From positions 1 through 56,330 of the IMG/VR virus record IMGVR_UViG_3300011409_000003: a stretch of 56,330 bases of DNA; one strand, written 5' to 3'. Shown here one piece after another: positions 48,274 through 56,330 of this stretch (position 1 is the stretch's first letter; each line of letters starts with the position of its first letter). The translations under genes and the position numbers were made by a program. Source of the stretch: a virus. A model generated the notes under the pieces. The model ran no database searches and was not told where the DNA came from. It was given only the letters and a program-made list of their open reading frames with translations.

Positions 48274-49301
48274 GTTCGCAAAAAACGCAGAACAGTTTCG
48301 CGCTAATGGCAAAAGTCGAGGCGACGTACGGCACACCGATCACGCTGTCGGCGGCCGCGGACGGCGTCTTACTCGCAGACTTCGCCGATGTCGATTTCAG
48401 CGCATTTCTGAACGACGGCGCGCGCGGTCGCGCACCTGGCGGGGGTACGCGTCAGCGCGTCAAGCCTTCTGGCCGGATCGGCTCCATGTCTCTGCCGTTC
48501 GAAGCGATCGGCGGAGGCGCGGCCTATTCCGCGTCCGTTTTCCCGAGCCAGCACACGCTGTTTCGTGCCTCTGGACTAGAGGCGACGGGTTCGTTCGGCG
48601 CCGGGACGGAATCGTGGAAATACGCGCCCGAGGTTGGTCCGACCGGCCTCGACTCGATCACGGCGGAGTATTACGAGGGCGGTCAGAAATATCCGCTCGC
48701 CGGTGGCTACAGCTCAATCAGTTGCTCCGTCGATGGCCCCGATGTGCCGCGGTGGATCTGCGATCTACTGGGCATCGGTACGACGCCCACCGATGCGGCG
48801 CTGCCCGTCATTACGGGCGGGTATCCGCCTGCGTCGCGCATGCCGCCCAAGGCGGAGTCCGTTGCGCTGACGATCGGGTTGTTTACCGGCGGCGTTGTGC
48901 GCGGCTTCGAGTTCGATTACGGCCGTGCCCACGATGCGGCGCGCAAGAACATCAACAACGCGGGGCACTCCGGTTACACGCCGGGCGGCCACAATCCGAC
49001 CATGAAGGTGACGGTCGAACAGGTCGCACTCGCCACGGTCTCCCCGTGGAGCACCGCGACCACGCTGAACCCGTACGCGCTGAAGGACGACGGGCAGCTG
49101 ATCGTGTGCTCGCTCGCCGTTGGGTCCGTGCCGTACAACCGCTGGAAAATCCATGCCGGCGCTACGCCAACCTTGCTTCAGGCGCAGGTGGTTGAGGTGG
49201 CCGATGCGTATGACGGCCCGACGCGCCTGTGGGAGATCACCCTGGAGTTCAAGCCGTCCACGCTGACCGGTGTCGATTCGTTCACCATCGCCTTCGACTA
49301 A
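48270..49301 (+). CDS. Major tail (tube) protein candidate
   Basis: 343 aa; precedes the chaperone-like ORFs and the tape measure. Confidence 0.5.
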   Translation: MSSQKTQNSFALMAKVEATYGTPITLSAAADGVLLADFADVDFSAFLNDGARGRAPGGGTRQRVKPSGRIGSMSLPFEAIGGGAAYSASVFPSQHTLFRASGLEATGSFGAGTESWKYAPEVGPTGLDSITAEYYEGGQKYPLAGGYSSISCSVDGPDVPRWICDLLGIGTTPTDAALPVITGGYPPASRMPPKAESVALTIGLFTGGVVRGFEFDYGRAHDAARKNINNAGHSGYTPGGHNPTMKVTVEQVALATVSPWSTATTLNPYALKDDGQLIVCSLAVGSVPYNRWKIHAGATPTLLQAQVVEVADAYDGPTRLWEITLEFKPSTLTGVDSFTIAFD

Positions 49302-49710
49302 GCAGGAGGCCGCACTGTTTTCTGAAGCGGATTACTTCGAGAGTCTAGAGAAGCCGACGTACAAGACTCGGGACGGTAAGGTTTTCGTCGGCGTGATTCT
49401 GTCAGCGGATGAGGTGGCGCCGCTCGAGGCGCGCCTCCGTGGATGCGCCACCGATTGGGACAAAACGCAGGCGGCGATGCGGGCCGTTGTCGCGGCCTGC
49501 TTCCCACAACCGTGGTATCGGCTCGGTCCCAATCCGGTCTGGTCCTACATCAAGAAGTTGCCGCCGCCGGGCCAGGCACAGGCGGTGTTCGATTTTATCG
49601 TTGCCCAGGTGACCGCATTGGGTCTCCCGAAGCCGTCGACACCTGGGACCACGGCCTCGGCTCGCGCCGACCAAGAAGTAATCGACGGCCCGCTCACGGC
49701 TGGCTCCTAG
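49270..49710 (+). CDS. Tail assembly chaperone candidate (start uncertain)
   Basis: Lies between the tube and tape measure genes; a -1 frame ORF overlaps its 3' end. Confidence 0.45.
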   Translation: MSIRSPSPSTKQEAALFSEADYFESLEKPTYKTRDGKVFVGVILSADEVAPLEARLRGCATDWDKTQAAMRAVVAACFPQPWYRLGPNPVWSYIKKLPPPGQAQAVFDFIVAQVTALGLPKPSTPGTTASARADQEVIDGPLTAGS

Positions 49711-49958
49711 CCAAGTTTCACGCCGCTTTTCCCGGCCTCTACTATCGGGACGGCTGGCCGACGCGGGACGGGGTGATCCCGCACAAGTTGTTCGTCCTCT
49801 ACCTCCGCACCTTGGATTCACTGGACGCCGGCGCCGAACTGCAGTTGACGCGTGCTGCGGGTCTAGGTATCGCACTCGCGATGGCCGGTAAGGACAGTAA
49901 GACGAAGTCTGCGGTTCGCAAACTCACCAAGAGGGCGTTCCCCGAAGTCTCTGACTAG
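49443..49958 (+). CDS. -1 frame ORF overlapping the chaperone 3' end: possible frameshift extension, or an independent ORF from GTG 49773
   Basis: Frame is -1 relative to 49270..49710 and ends 9 nt before the tape measure start; no canonical XXXYYYZ heptamer found. Confidence 0.3.
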   Translation: MRHRLGQNAGGDAGRCRGLLPTTVVSARSQSGLVLHQEVAAAGPGTGGVRFYRCPGDRIGSPEAVDTWDHGLGSRRPRSNRRPAHGWLLAKFHAAFPGLYYRDGWPTRDGVIPHKLFVLYLRTLDSLDAGAELQLTRAAGLGIALAMAGKDSKTKSAVRKLTKRAFPEVSD

Positions 49959-49967
49959 AAGGTCGTA

Positions 49968-51995
49968 GTGGCCCAACGCACGATAGTCGAAATTCTCCTA
50001 CAGGCTAAGGACGCCACCGGCCGCGTATTTGGCGCGGTCGGGGGTCGTCTGCGCTCGCTCCGGGATTCGGTCTTCTCGCTCCGCACCGCCGTCGCCGGCT
50101 TTGCGGCCTTTGTCGTTGGCACCGTGGTCGGGAAGATCGTCAAAGCGTTCGCGGAGCAGGAATCGGCCGTCATCCGGCTGAACACGGCGCTGCGTGTCAC
50201 CGGCCGCTACACCGAGGATGGCACCAAGAAGATTCAGGCGATGGCGACCGAGATGCAGCGGTTGACCACCGTCAGCGACGAAGCTGCGCTCGGGATCTCG
50301 TCCACTCTGGCGCAGCTGGCGACCGGGCTCACGACGGATCAGCTGGCAGACGCCCAGAAGGCCGTGATCGGTTTGTCGTCTGCGTTCGGCATCGACCTGC
50401 AGAGCGCGGCGACTCTCGTCGGCAAGACGCTGTCGGGTGAGATGAATGCGCTTGGCCGCTACGGCATTCGGATCGACGAGACGGCGGATCAGCAGGGGAA
50501 GTTCAATCAGATTCTTCGGCAGACGGCGGGGTACTTCGACGTCGCCGTCGGCTCTGCGCGGTCGCTGTCGGGACAGTACGCGCAGGCGAAGAACGCAGTC
50601 GGAGAATTGCTGGAGACTTTTGGTCAGATCATCGCGGAGACATTCAATCTCAACACGGAGCAGGGTAACCTCCGGGATCGAATTAACGAAGTCAATGCGC
50701 GAATCAAAGAGAACCTTCCCGAGTGGGTAAAGTGGGGCCGGGTCGTTGTCGGCGTGGTGAAGGCCGTAGTGATTTCGCTCGGGAGTCTTGTCCGCTTCTT
50801 CTGGAATACGGGCCAGGTTATCGGCGATATTTTCGTCGTCATCTTTGAAGCCGGCCGCCTCAATTTTCAGCGTCTCTTCAACTCCGTCGTATCCGTTGTT
50901 AACGGTCTAATCTTTGCGTTCAATTCGATTCGCGGCACCGCGATTCCGTTGTTGACATCAATGCCGGAGACGGCGGCGGACGCGATGGATGCGGCCAAGG
51001 GCCGGATGCAGCAGAACGCTGACGACATTCGCGCCGCGATCGGTGGGATCGGCACAGCATGGAGCGACGTTGTCAAGGCAATTAAGGCGGAGCCGCTGCC
51101 GGTCGCGGTTACGACGACGGCAGGGGGAGGCACCAATCGGCCGCTGAGTCCGGGACAAGCCGCTTCGCAGTCGGCGCAGGCCACGCTGGGGCAGGCAAAT
51201 CAGACATTACAGCGGTTCCAGGGCGGAGGCCTCTCGACGGCGCAGTTTGAGGCCGAAATGTCGAAGCTGGTTCCGGCGCTGCAGCAACTCCGTGATTCGG
51301 GGTTGCTGAGTCAGGATCAGTGGGTTCAGGTCGCGCAGGCGATCGAGAAGTTCCGTGAGGAAGCCGAAAAGGCGGGCGTCCTCATTACGTTCCTCGATGA
51401 TACGGCGGCCGCGACGTTCGGCCAGGCGTTCGCGACGCAGATCCATGAGGCGACGCTCGCGCTCGGCACGCTGAACGAGCAGCTGGCGACTACCACCGTG
51501 GATGCGATGGGCGCCTTCATGCAGGCGTCCATTGAGGCGTTTGGTGCATTCGCCGAGGGTTCGAATCAAGCCGGCCGAGCGTTCGAGAGCGCGATGCTCG
51601 GGGCGCTCGCGTCGGTTGCTTCAAGCTTCGCCCAGATGTTCGCGGCCCGGGCAACGGCTGCGCTGGCTGAAGCAATCCTTCCCTCAAGCGTGCTGTCGGG
51701 GACGTCGGCCGGCGGGCTAGCTGCAGCTGGCTACTTCACCGCAGCAGCGCTCGCGATGTCCTCTCTCGCGGGGGCGTTGCGGGGCGCAGCGGCGCGGACG
51801 GCAGGTGGCGCGGGTGGCGGGGGCGGGGCGAGTGGCGCTGCGGCACGGACCAACGAGAACGCGCGTGAACAGCAACCGCTGACGCTCATCATTCGTGGCA
51901 ACATCAACGGCGTAGCCCCTGAATTCGTCGATCTCGTCGCGAAGGCGTTTGGCGAGGCTACCGGCCGCAACATCATCCTTGAGAAAGAAGAGTAG
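49968..51995 (+). CDS. Tail tape measure protein
   Basis: 675 aa; helical and Ala/Gly-rich with hydrophobic segments; DEAALGISSTLAQLATGLT core-like region. Confidence 0.8.
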   Translation: MAQRTIVEILLQAKDATGRVFGAVGGRLRSLRDSVFSLRTAVAGFAAFVVGTVVGKIVKAFAEQESAVIRLNTALRVTGRYTEDGTKKIQAMATEMQRLTTVSDEAALGISSTLAQLATGLTTDQLADAQKAVIGLSSAFGIDLQSAATLVGKTLSGEMNALGRYGIRIDETADQQGKFNQILRQTAGYFDVAVGSARSLSGQYAQAKNAVGELLETFGQIIAETFNLNTEQGNLRDRINEVNARIKENLPEWVKWGRVVVGVVKAVVISLGSLVRFFWNTGQVIGDIFVVIFEAGRLNFQRLFNSVVSVVNGLIFAFNSIRGTAIPLLTSMPETAADAMDAAKGRMQQNADDIRAAIGGIGTAWSDVVKAIKAEPLPVAVTTTAGGGTNRPLSPGQAASQSAQATLGQANQTLQRFQGGGLSTAQFEAEMSKLVPALQQLRDSGLLSQDQWVQVAQAIEKFREEAEKAGVLITFLDDTAAATFGQAFATQIHEATLALGTLNEQLATTTVDAMGAFMQASIEAFGAFAEGSNQAGRAFESAMLGALASVASSFAQMFAARATAALAEAILPSSVLSGTSAGGLAAAGYFTAAALAMSSLAGALRGAAARTAGGAGGGGGASGAAARTNENAREQQPLTLIIRGNINGVAPEFVDLVAKAFGEATGRNIILEKEE

Positions 51996-51996
51996 C

Positions 51997-52575
51997 GTGC
52001 TCTGTCCCGAATGTTCGCGCGAGTGCCCGAGCTATCGCTCGTTGGGGGTGCATCGCTCGCGAGCGCACGGGGCGAAGGGCACACTGGCCGAACGGCGGGC
52101 GCGGTGGAAGGTTGCACATCCTGGTAAGGCTCGGGAGCACGCATTGGCGTGGTACCGCCGGAATAGGGAGGAAGCCTGCGCCAAGAGTCGTGCGCGGCGG
52201 CGCGCAAATCCGGAGGCGCGACAGAGGGAATATCGGCGGTACATGGCGCGGCATGGTGATGCGGTTCGCGCCCGCCGACGCGAGTGGCGTCGGGAAAATC
52301 TTGAGACGGTCAGGGTGCGTAAACGTTTTGATGAGATGAACCGCAACGCGCGTAAGCGACAAGCCGCGGGACACGTAACGCCCGAGCAATTGGCGGCGCG
52401 TCTCGCCTACTATGGCGCGCGTTGCTACCTCTGCGGCACTCCGTGGGCGCACTGGGACCACGTCATCCCGCTCGCGCGCGGCGGTTCCAATTGGCCGGCG
52501 AATCTTCGCCCGGCCTGCGTGACCTGCAACGTACGCAAGTGGGCGCACATGCCCGTACTTCAGAAGGCGGCGTAA
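51997..52575 (+). CDS. HNH endonuclease (classical HNH) with N-terminal C2H2-like finger and Arg-rich repeats
   Basis: GTG 51997 lies 1 nt after the tape measure stop; LCPECSRECPSYRSLGVHRSRAH; HWDHVIPLARGGSNWPANLRPACVTCNVRKW. Confidence 0.8.
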   Translation: MLCPECSRECPSYRSLGVHRSRAHGAKGTLAERRARWKVAHPGKAREHALAWYRRNREEACAKSRARRRANPEARQREYRRYMARHGDAVRARRREWRRENLETVRVRKRFDEMNRNARKRQAAGHVTPEQLAARLAYYGARCYLCGTPWAHWDHVIPLARGGSNWPANLRPACVTCNVRKWAHMPVLQKAA

Positions 52576-54207
52576 ATGGCTTTACCTCCGGCAGAACAGA
52601 TATGGTGGGGACCTGGGCTGGAGTCAGTCATCGACTTCGACTACCCGGTCGCGCTGGATGCCCCAAGGACGTGGCGCCGTCCAGCGCCCGGTAGCGAGCA
52701 GGTGCGCACGCCCGCGGGGGTCATTTCCTCGTGGACCACCGGGTACGACTACTTCCTCGCCGGCCGCGCCCGTTGGTTCGACAGAAGCCGATGGGGAGGC
52801 GGCGTCGGCCTGCAGGCGTTCCTCGATTGGGCCGGGCAGGGTAATCCGTTCCGGTTTGTTCCCGACAAAACCGTGCCTGACTTCTATGTCGATAACTGCT
52901 TCCTTGACGCGCCGTTTGACGAGATTGATCCGCAGATAGAGGAAGCCGATGGGTCGCAGAGCATCGACCTCGTGATCCGGAATCAGACGAAGGACTTTGG
53001 CGAAGCCCTGCGCGGGATCATGTTCGAGTACGCGCCGGGGATGAGCCTCACCGACCCCGTGGCTGCCACCTTCACGCGGGCGACCGCGGCGACGCGGCGC
53101 GGGCTGCCGGGGACGCTCGTCTCCCCCGTGGGCGCAAGTGATGCGAGCGGGGTGCTGCGGGACCGGCATTACGAGGGGACACTGCGCACGACGCTGTTAG
53201 AGGCGCAGCGCATTCAGCTCGTGCCAGATCCGGAGAACTTCGGGGCGTGGACGGCGGTCAACGTCACATTGCTGTCGGGGCAAGCGGACCCGTTCGGTGG
53301 CACGGCGGCCTACAAACTGACTGCGACGGCGGGGGCTGACAATCGGATTCAGCAGGTCATAGCGTTCACGGGCGATGCGACGAAGGCGCTGCTTGGCTTC
53401 GCACGGGCCGACACCGCGACCGAATCGCACCTGAAGCTACAGGGCGCCGCGATCCGGCATCAGATCAAACTGACGTGGACGGCAGGCGTTCCGACGCTTT
53501 CGACAGATACGGGGAGCGGAACGCTGTTCTCGGTCGTGCCGTGGGGCGGCGGGTGGTATGCCATCATGTTCAGCGCAGATGGGGTGGTGGCTGGTGATTC
53601 TAACATCCTCAGCATCTATCCCGCCGCCGCGTCCGGCACCGGGAGCAGCTACTGGTTTGGCGCCAACGCCTGGAACGCGCCGTTCCCGTCGAGCTACCAG
53701 GGGCCAGCCCTCACGACGCGGAACGCCGACAGTCCGCTGTCTTGGGCGCATGCTTACAGGCCGCAATCCTTCTTTGCGCTGCTCGATTTTATCGAGCGCG
53801 GCCGGGAGACCACGTCGGGGCTCATCGGCGTAGGGCCGACCAACGTCTCGCCGAACTGGAACATCGACAAGCAAAGCGCAACGAATTACCGCATAGCTCA
53901 TAACAATGTGAGCGGAAGCAACGTGGCTGTCACACCGTCAGTCGGTGATCGCATTCAACTCCTGGGGCTGCTTTACCCCAACGGCGACACGCGCTTGAAC
54001 TACAGCAAGAACCTAGCGGCTGAGGTTGTGAGTTCCTTAACCCCTACCGCAGCGATTGCGTCGGCCTGGTCGGTTCTCACGCTCGCATTGCAGGGCTGGA
54101 GCGGCGGTCTTGTGAACGGTTCGCAGGCGATTGCCCGCGTGAAGGTCGGCCCCCTCACCTTCGGCGGCGTGACCGTTGATTCAATTGCGAAAGCTCTGGC
54201 ACGATGA
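52576..54207 (+). CDS. Distal tail / baseplate-like protein with jelly-roll-like middle region
   Basis: 543 aa after the tape measure; TFTRATAATRRG...LLEAQRIQLV...AWTAVNVTL pattern seen in phage fibre/baseplate proteins. Confidence 0.5.
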   Translation: MALPPAEQIWWGPGLESVIDFDYPVALDAPRTWRRPAPGSEQVRTPAGVISSWTTGYDYFLAGRARWFDRSRWGGGVGLQAFLDWAGQGNPFRFVPDKTVPDFYVDNCFLDAPFDEIDPQIEEADGSQSIDLVIRNQTKDFGEALRGIMFEYAPGMSLTDPVAATFTRATAATRRGLPGTLVSPVGASDASGVLRDRHYEGTLRTTLLEAQRIQLVPDPENFGAWTAVNVTLLSGQADPFGGTAAYKLTATAGADNRIQQVIAFTGDATKALLGFARADTATESHLKLQGAAIRHQIKLTWTAGVPTLSTDTGSGTLFSVVPWGGGWYAIMFSADGVVAGDSNILSIYPAAASGTGSSYWFGANAWNAPFPSSYQGPALTTRNADSPLSWAHAYRPQSFFALLDFIERGRETTSGLIGVGPTNVSPNWNIDKQSATNYRIAHNNVSGSNVAVTPSVGDRIQLLGLLYPNGDTRLNYSKNLAAEVVSSLTPTAAIASAWSVLTLALQGWSGGLVNGSQAIARVKVGPLTFGGVTVDSIAKALAR

Positions 54208-54836
54208 GCGCGTGTCGCTGTGGTGGTGTTAGGAAGGCGCCTGGACGACCGTGCAGGGAATGCGCGGCCGCGCAATCACGCAGCTACCGACACCGGCACC
54301 CGGAGAAGATCGCTGCCGTCAATCGCCATCATGCTCGCGTGTGGCGCCAGGCCAATGCCGGACGGATTCGCGACTACGATCACGCTCGCCGCGCAACCGA
54401 CGCCTACCGTGCGGCGGAACGGCTTCGGCATCGGGAACGCCGTTCGCGTAATCCGGCCACGATACGAAGCAGAGAGGCCGCGCGTACGCGTACCTGGCGT
54501 GCCAGGAATCCCGCTCGGGTCAAAGCCCTGCGCGCCGCTCTCTATTATGGCGACCACGAGCGTCAGAAGCTGCTCTCGCGCATTCGGCGGATGCGTCGTC
54601 ACGCTCGGAAACAGGAGGCGTCGGGCGAGGCAACGCTTGCACAGGTAGCGGCGCGGGTCGCGTACTATGGGTGGCGCTGCTGGATGTGTGGCATACCGTG
54701 GGAAGAGATCGACCATGTGATCCCGCTGGCGCGAGGCGGCTCCAACTGGCCGAGCAACCTCCGACCCGCGTGCGCGAAGTGCAACGGTCGGAAGTGGGCG
54801 CATAAGCCCACGATCGCCAAGGCGCTGGCGACATGA
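54204..54836 (+). CDS. HNH endonuclease (classical HNH), paralog of 51997..52575
   Basis: ATGA-coupled at both ends; EIDHVIPLARGGSNWPSNLRPACAKCNGRKW; shared Arg-rich repeat region and (A)ARxAYYG.RC..CG.PW block. Confidence 0.8.
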   Translation: MSACRCGGVRKAPGRPCRECAAAQSRSYRHRHPEKIAAVNRHHARVWRQANAGRIRDYDHARRATDAYRAAERLRHRERRSRNPATIRSREAARTRTWRARNPARVKALRAALYYGDHERQKLLSRIRRMRRHARKQEASGEATLAQVAARVAYYGWRCWMCGIPWEEIDHVIPLARGGSNWPSNLRPACAKCNGRKWAHKPTIAKALAT

Positions 54837-56330
54837 CCGCGTACCAAGCGCAGTACCGCCTTGTCGTCTTCGCTCCGCGCTCGACTGATCCGAGCGAGGT
54901 CACCCCGCTGCAACCCGTCGCGGGCGCGCCTCACGGCGACTACCTCAAGGTCACGACGGGTCCAGCCATCGTTGGGCCGACGAAGATCACGAGCGGCATG
55001 CTGTCCCACTCGGGCCTTACGGCATTCAACGCGACGCAGGTGGTGGACGGTGTGCTCGGGGCCGACTCAGCGTGGCATACCGACAGCGCCGTTCCAGGCG
55101 CCTGGCTCAAGGTAGACCTTGGTGCCGGAACCGCCCGCCGATTCCAAATGGCCCGCATCTGGGTTTCCGCCGGTGGCACCTACGCGGGTGTCTACGATGT
55201 CGAGTATTCGGACAACGATGCGGTCTGGACTAAGGCGTTCGTGGGGATGAAGCCGACGACGGGTGGGGCGTGGCACGCGGTCGGCTGGCTCGATCTCGGC
55301 GCGCATCGCTACTGGCGCATCCTGCTGACCAACACGCCGGGCGCCGGTCCCTGGCTCAGCGAGCTCGAGCTCTGGGAAGCAGGCGGCCCCGGTGATTGGA
55401 AGCCGTACCTGCTGCCACCGACGGGACGCCGCGGCCGCGTCGATTTTCTACAAAAGAACACCGACGTCGGGGTGATGACATTTCGCGTTGCGAACCCGGC
55501 GCTCGCACCCAGTGACCCGTTAACGCGCTGGTTGACGAGTTACGCCGGGAACCTGAAGGGCAAGCTCCAGCTCGGCAACCTCCGTGTGGCTGTGTGGGAA
55601 TCACTCGACAACGGCGTCACCTTGACGCCCTTTTGGTCGGGACGTTTGCGGACATGCGAGGACGCCGGCGGTCCGGCGGCATACGACCTCGGCGTGCGCG
55701 AACTGTCCGACGACATGGAGGCGCTGGCGTTTGTCGGTACTCCAGCCGCCTCGGTTACTGAGGCGGGTTTCCCGTCGCTGTTACCGATCGGCACCACTGC
55801 GGCGTATGGCACGCTACCCGTGGTGACTCCGCTCACCGGTACGATTTCGGGGCGTGTCGTCGGTGTTCGGGCGGTCGTCAGTTTCGACGCCGCCAGTGCG
55901 GTCCGCGCCGATAACATCATCACGAAGAACCTGCTCGAGTCGATTTCGCAGCCGATGGTGTTCCATCAATTCGAAACGGGGATTACGGCGGCGGCGCCGA
56001 CGTTCACGGGTCCCGCGCGCGTCAAGCTCAAGCGGCTGGACACGCAGGCGACGGGAACCTTCCTGCTCGGTTCCGTGGGCCCCGGCCGCGTCTTCGCCTT
56101 CGGCGGGACGCGGCACGTGCGGTCACCTGGCTTGATCATCGCCGAACTGCCGACGACGGCATTAGGCTATATGGCGCTGCCGCCAGACACGACCAGTGTC
56201 GAAGTCACCGTCTACGCGGATCAGCTCGCGTCTGATGATACGCCCCTCCTGATCGACGGGCTGAACGGCCCGAAGCTCTGGCGCTACCTGCTTGAGGGAA
56301 AGTTCGGTTACCCGTGGTCCTACCCGGAGC
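54833..56330 (+). CDS. Large tail / host-specificity-like protein, N-terminal part (runs off the window end, continues at 1..1619; about 997 codons in total); discoidin (F5/8 type C)-like segment near the N-terminus
   Basis: ATG 54833 overlaps the upstream stop (ATGA). No stop to the window end, which is why it is missing from the ORF track. Segment VVDGVLGADSAWHTDSAVPGAWLKVDLG...YWRILL looks like a galactose-binding/discoidin domain. It follows the tape measure and distal tail genes. Confidence 0.7.
   Translation, partial: MTAYQAQYRLVVFAPRSTDPSEVTPLQPVAGAPHGDYLKVTTGPAIVGPTKITSGMLSHSGLTAFNATQVVDGVLGADSAWHTDSAVPGAWLKVDLGAGTARRFQMARIWVSAGGTYAGVYDVEYSDNDAVWTKAFVGMKPTTGGAWHAVGWLDLGAHRYWRILLTNTPGAGPWLSELELWEAGGPGDWKPYLLPPTGRRGRVDFLQKNTDVGVMTFRVANPALAPSDPLTRWLTSYAGNLKGKLQLGNLRVAVWESLDNGVTLTPFWSGRLRTCEDAGGPAAYDLGVRELSDDMEALAFVGTPAASVTEAGFPSLLPIGTTAAYGTLPVVTPLTGTISGRVVGVRAVVSFDAASAVRADNIITKNLLESISQPMVFHQFETGITAAAPTFTGPARVKLKRLDTQATGTFLLGSVGPGRVFAFGGTRHVRSPGLIIAELPTTALGYMALPPDTTSVEVTVYADQLASDDTPLLIDGLNGPKLWRYLLEGKFGYPWSYPE
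56208..56330. repeat. Terminal direct repeat, copy 2
   Basis: Identical to 1..123; unique genome length is therefore 56207 nt. Confidence 0.95.

Overview
The window is a complete, GC-rich, tailed-phage (siphovirus-like) genome of about 56.2 kb, assembled as a circle. The first 123 nt are identical to the last 123 nt, and one tail gene reads in frame across that junction.

Layout:
- Leftward replication, modification, regulation and lysis block (8389..32091, minus strand). It holds a family A DNA polymerase, an AEP primase/helicase, an SSB-like protein, a RecB/Cas4-like exonuclease, a sliding clamp, an Hjc-like nuclease, a SNF2-methyltransferase fusion, a large C5-cytosine methyltransferase, nucleotide-pool enzymes, two muralytic enzymes and a sigma-70-family sigma factor.
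- AT-richer switch region (32092..33187) with iterons, back-to-back promoters and a tandem operator.
- Rightward structural block (33188..56330, continuing into 1..3153). It holds TerL, portal, seven unusual ORFs, a MuF-like protein, scaffold, P22-like coat, head-tail joining proteins, tail tube, chaperone, tape measure and tail/fibre proteins.
- An accessory corner (3134..8313) with a convergent lipoprotein/secreted pair, small membrane and zinc-ribbon proteins, an HExxH protein and a divergent tyrosine-recombinase-like gene.

Most notable observations:
1. An intein splits the conserved HPxCRC motif of the MuF-like head protein. Its homing-endonuclease-like gene (HTH plus Vsr/DUF559-like) appears to be encoded on the opposite strand, with its own promoter-like motif.
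2. A 14-15 nt motif, GGGCGTATWCTCTYC, sits upstream of most operons. It may be read by the phage sigma factor.
3. The C5-methyltransferase has six tandem TRD-like modules.
4. The genome carries eight homing-endonuclease-like genes.

I found no tRNA, rRNA or CRISPR array. All functional calls come from motif recognition by eye and from gene context; no database search was run.
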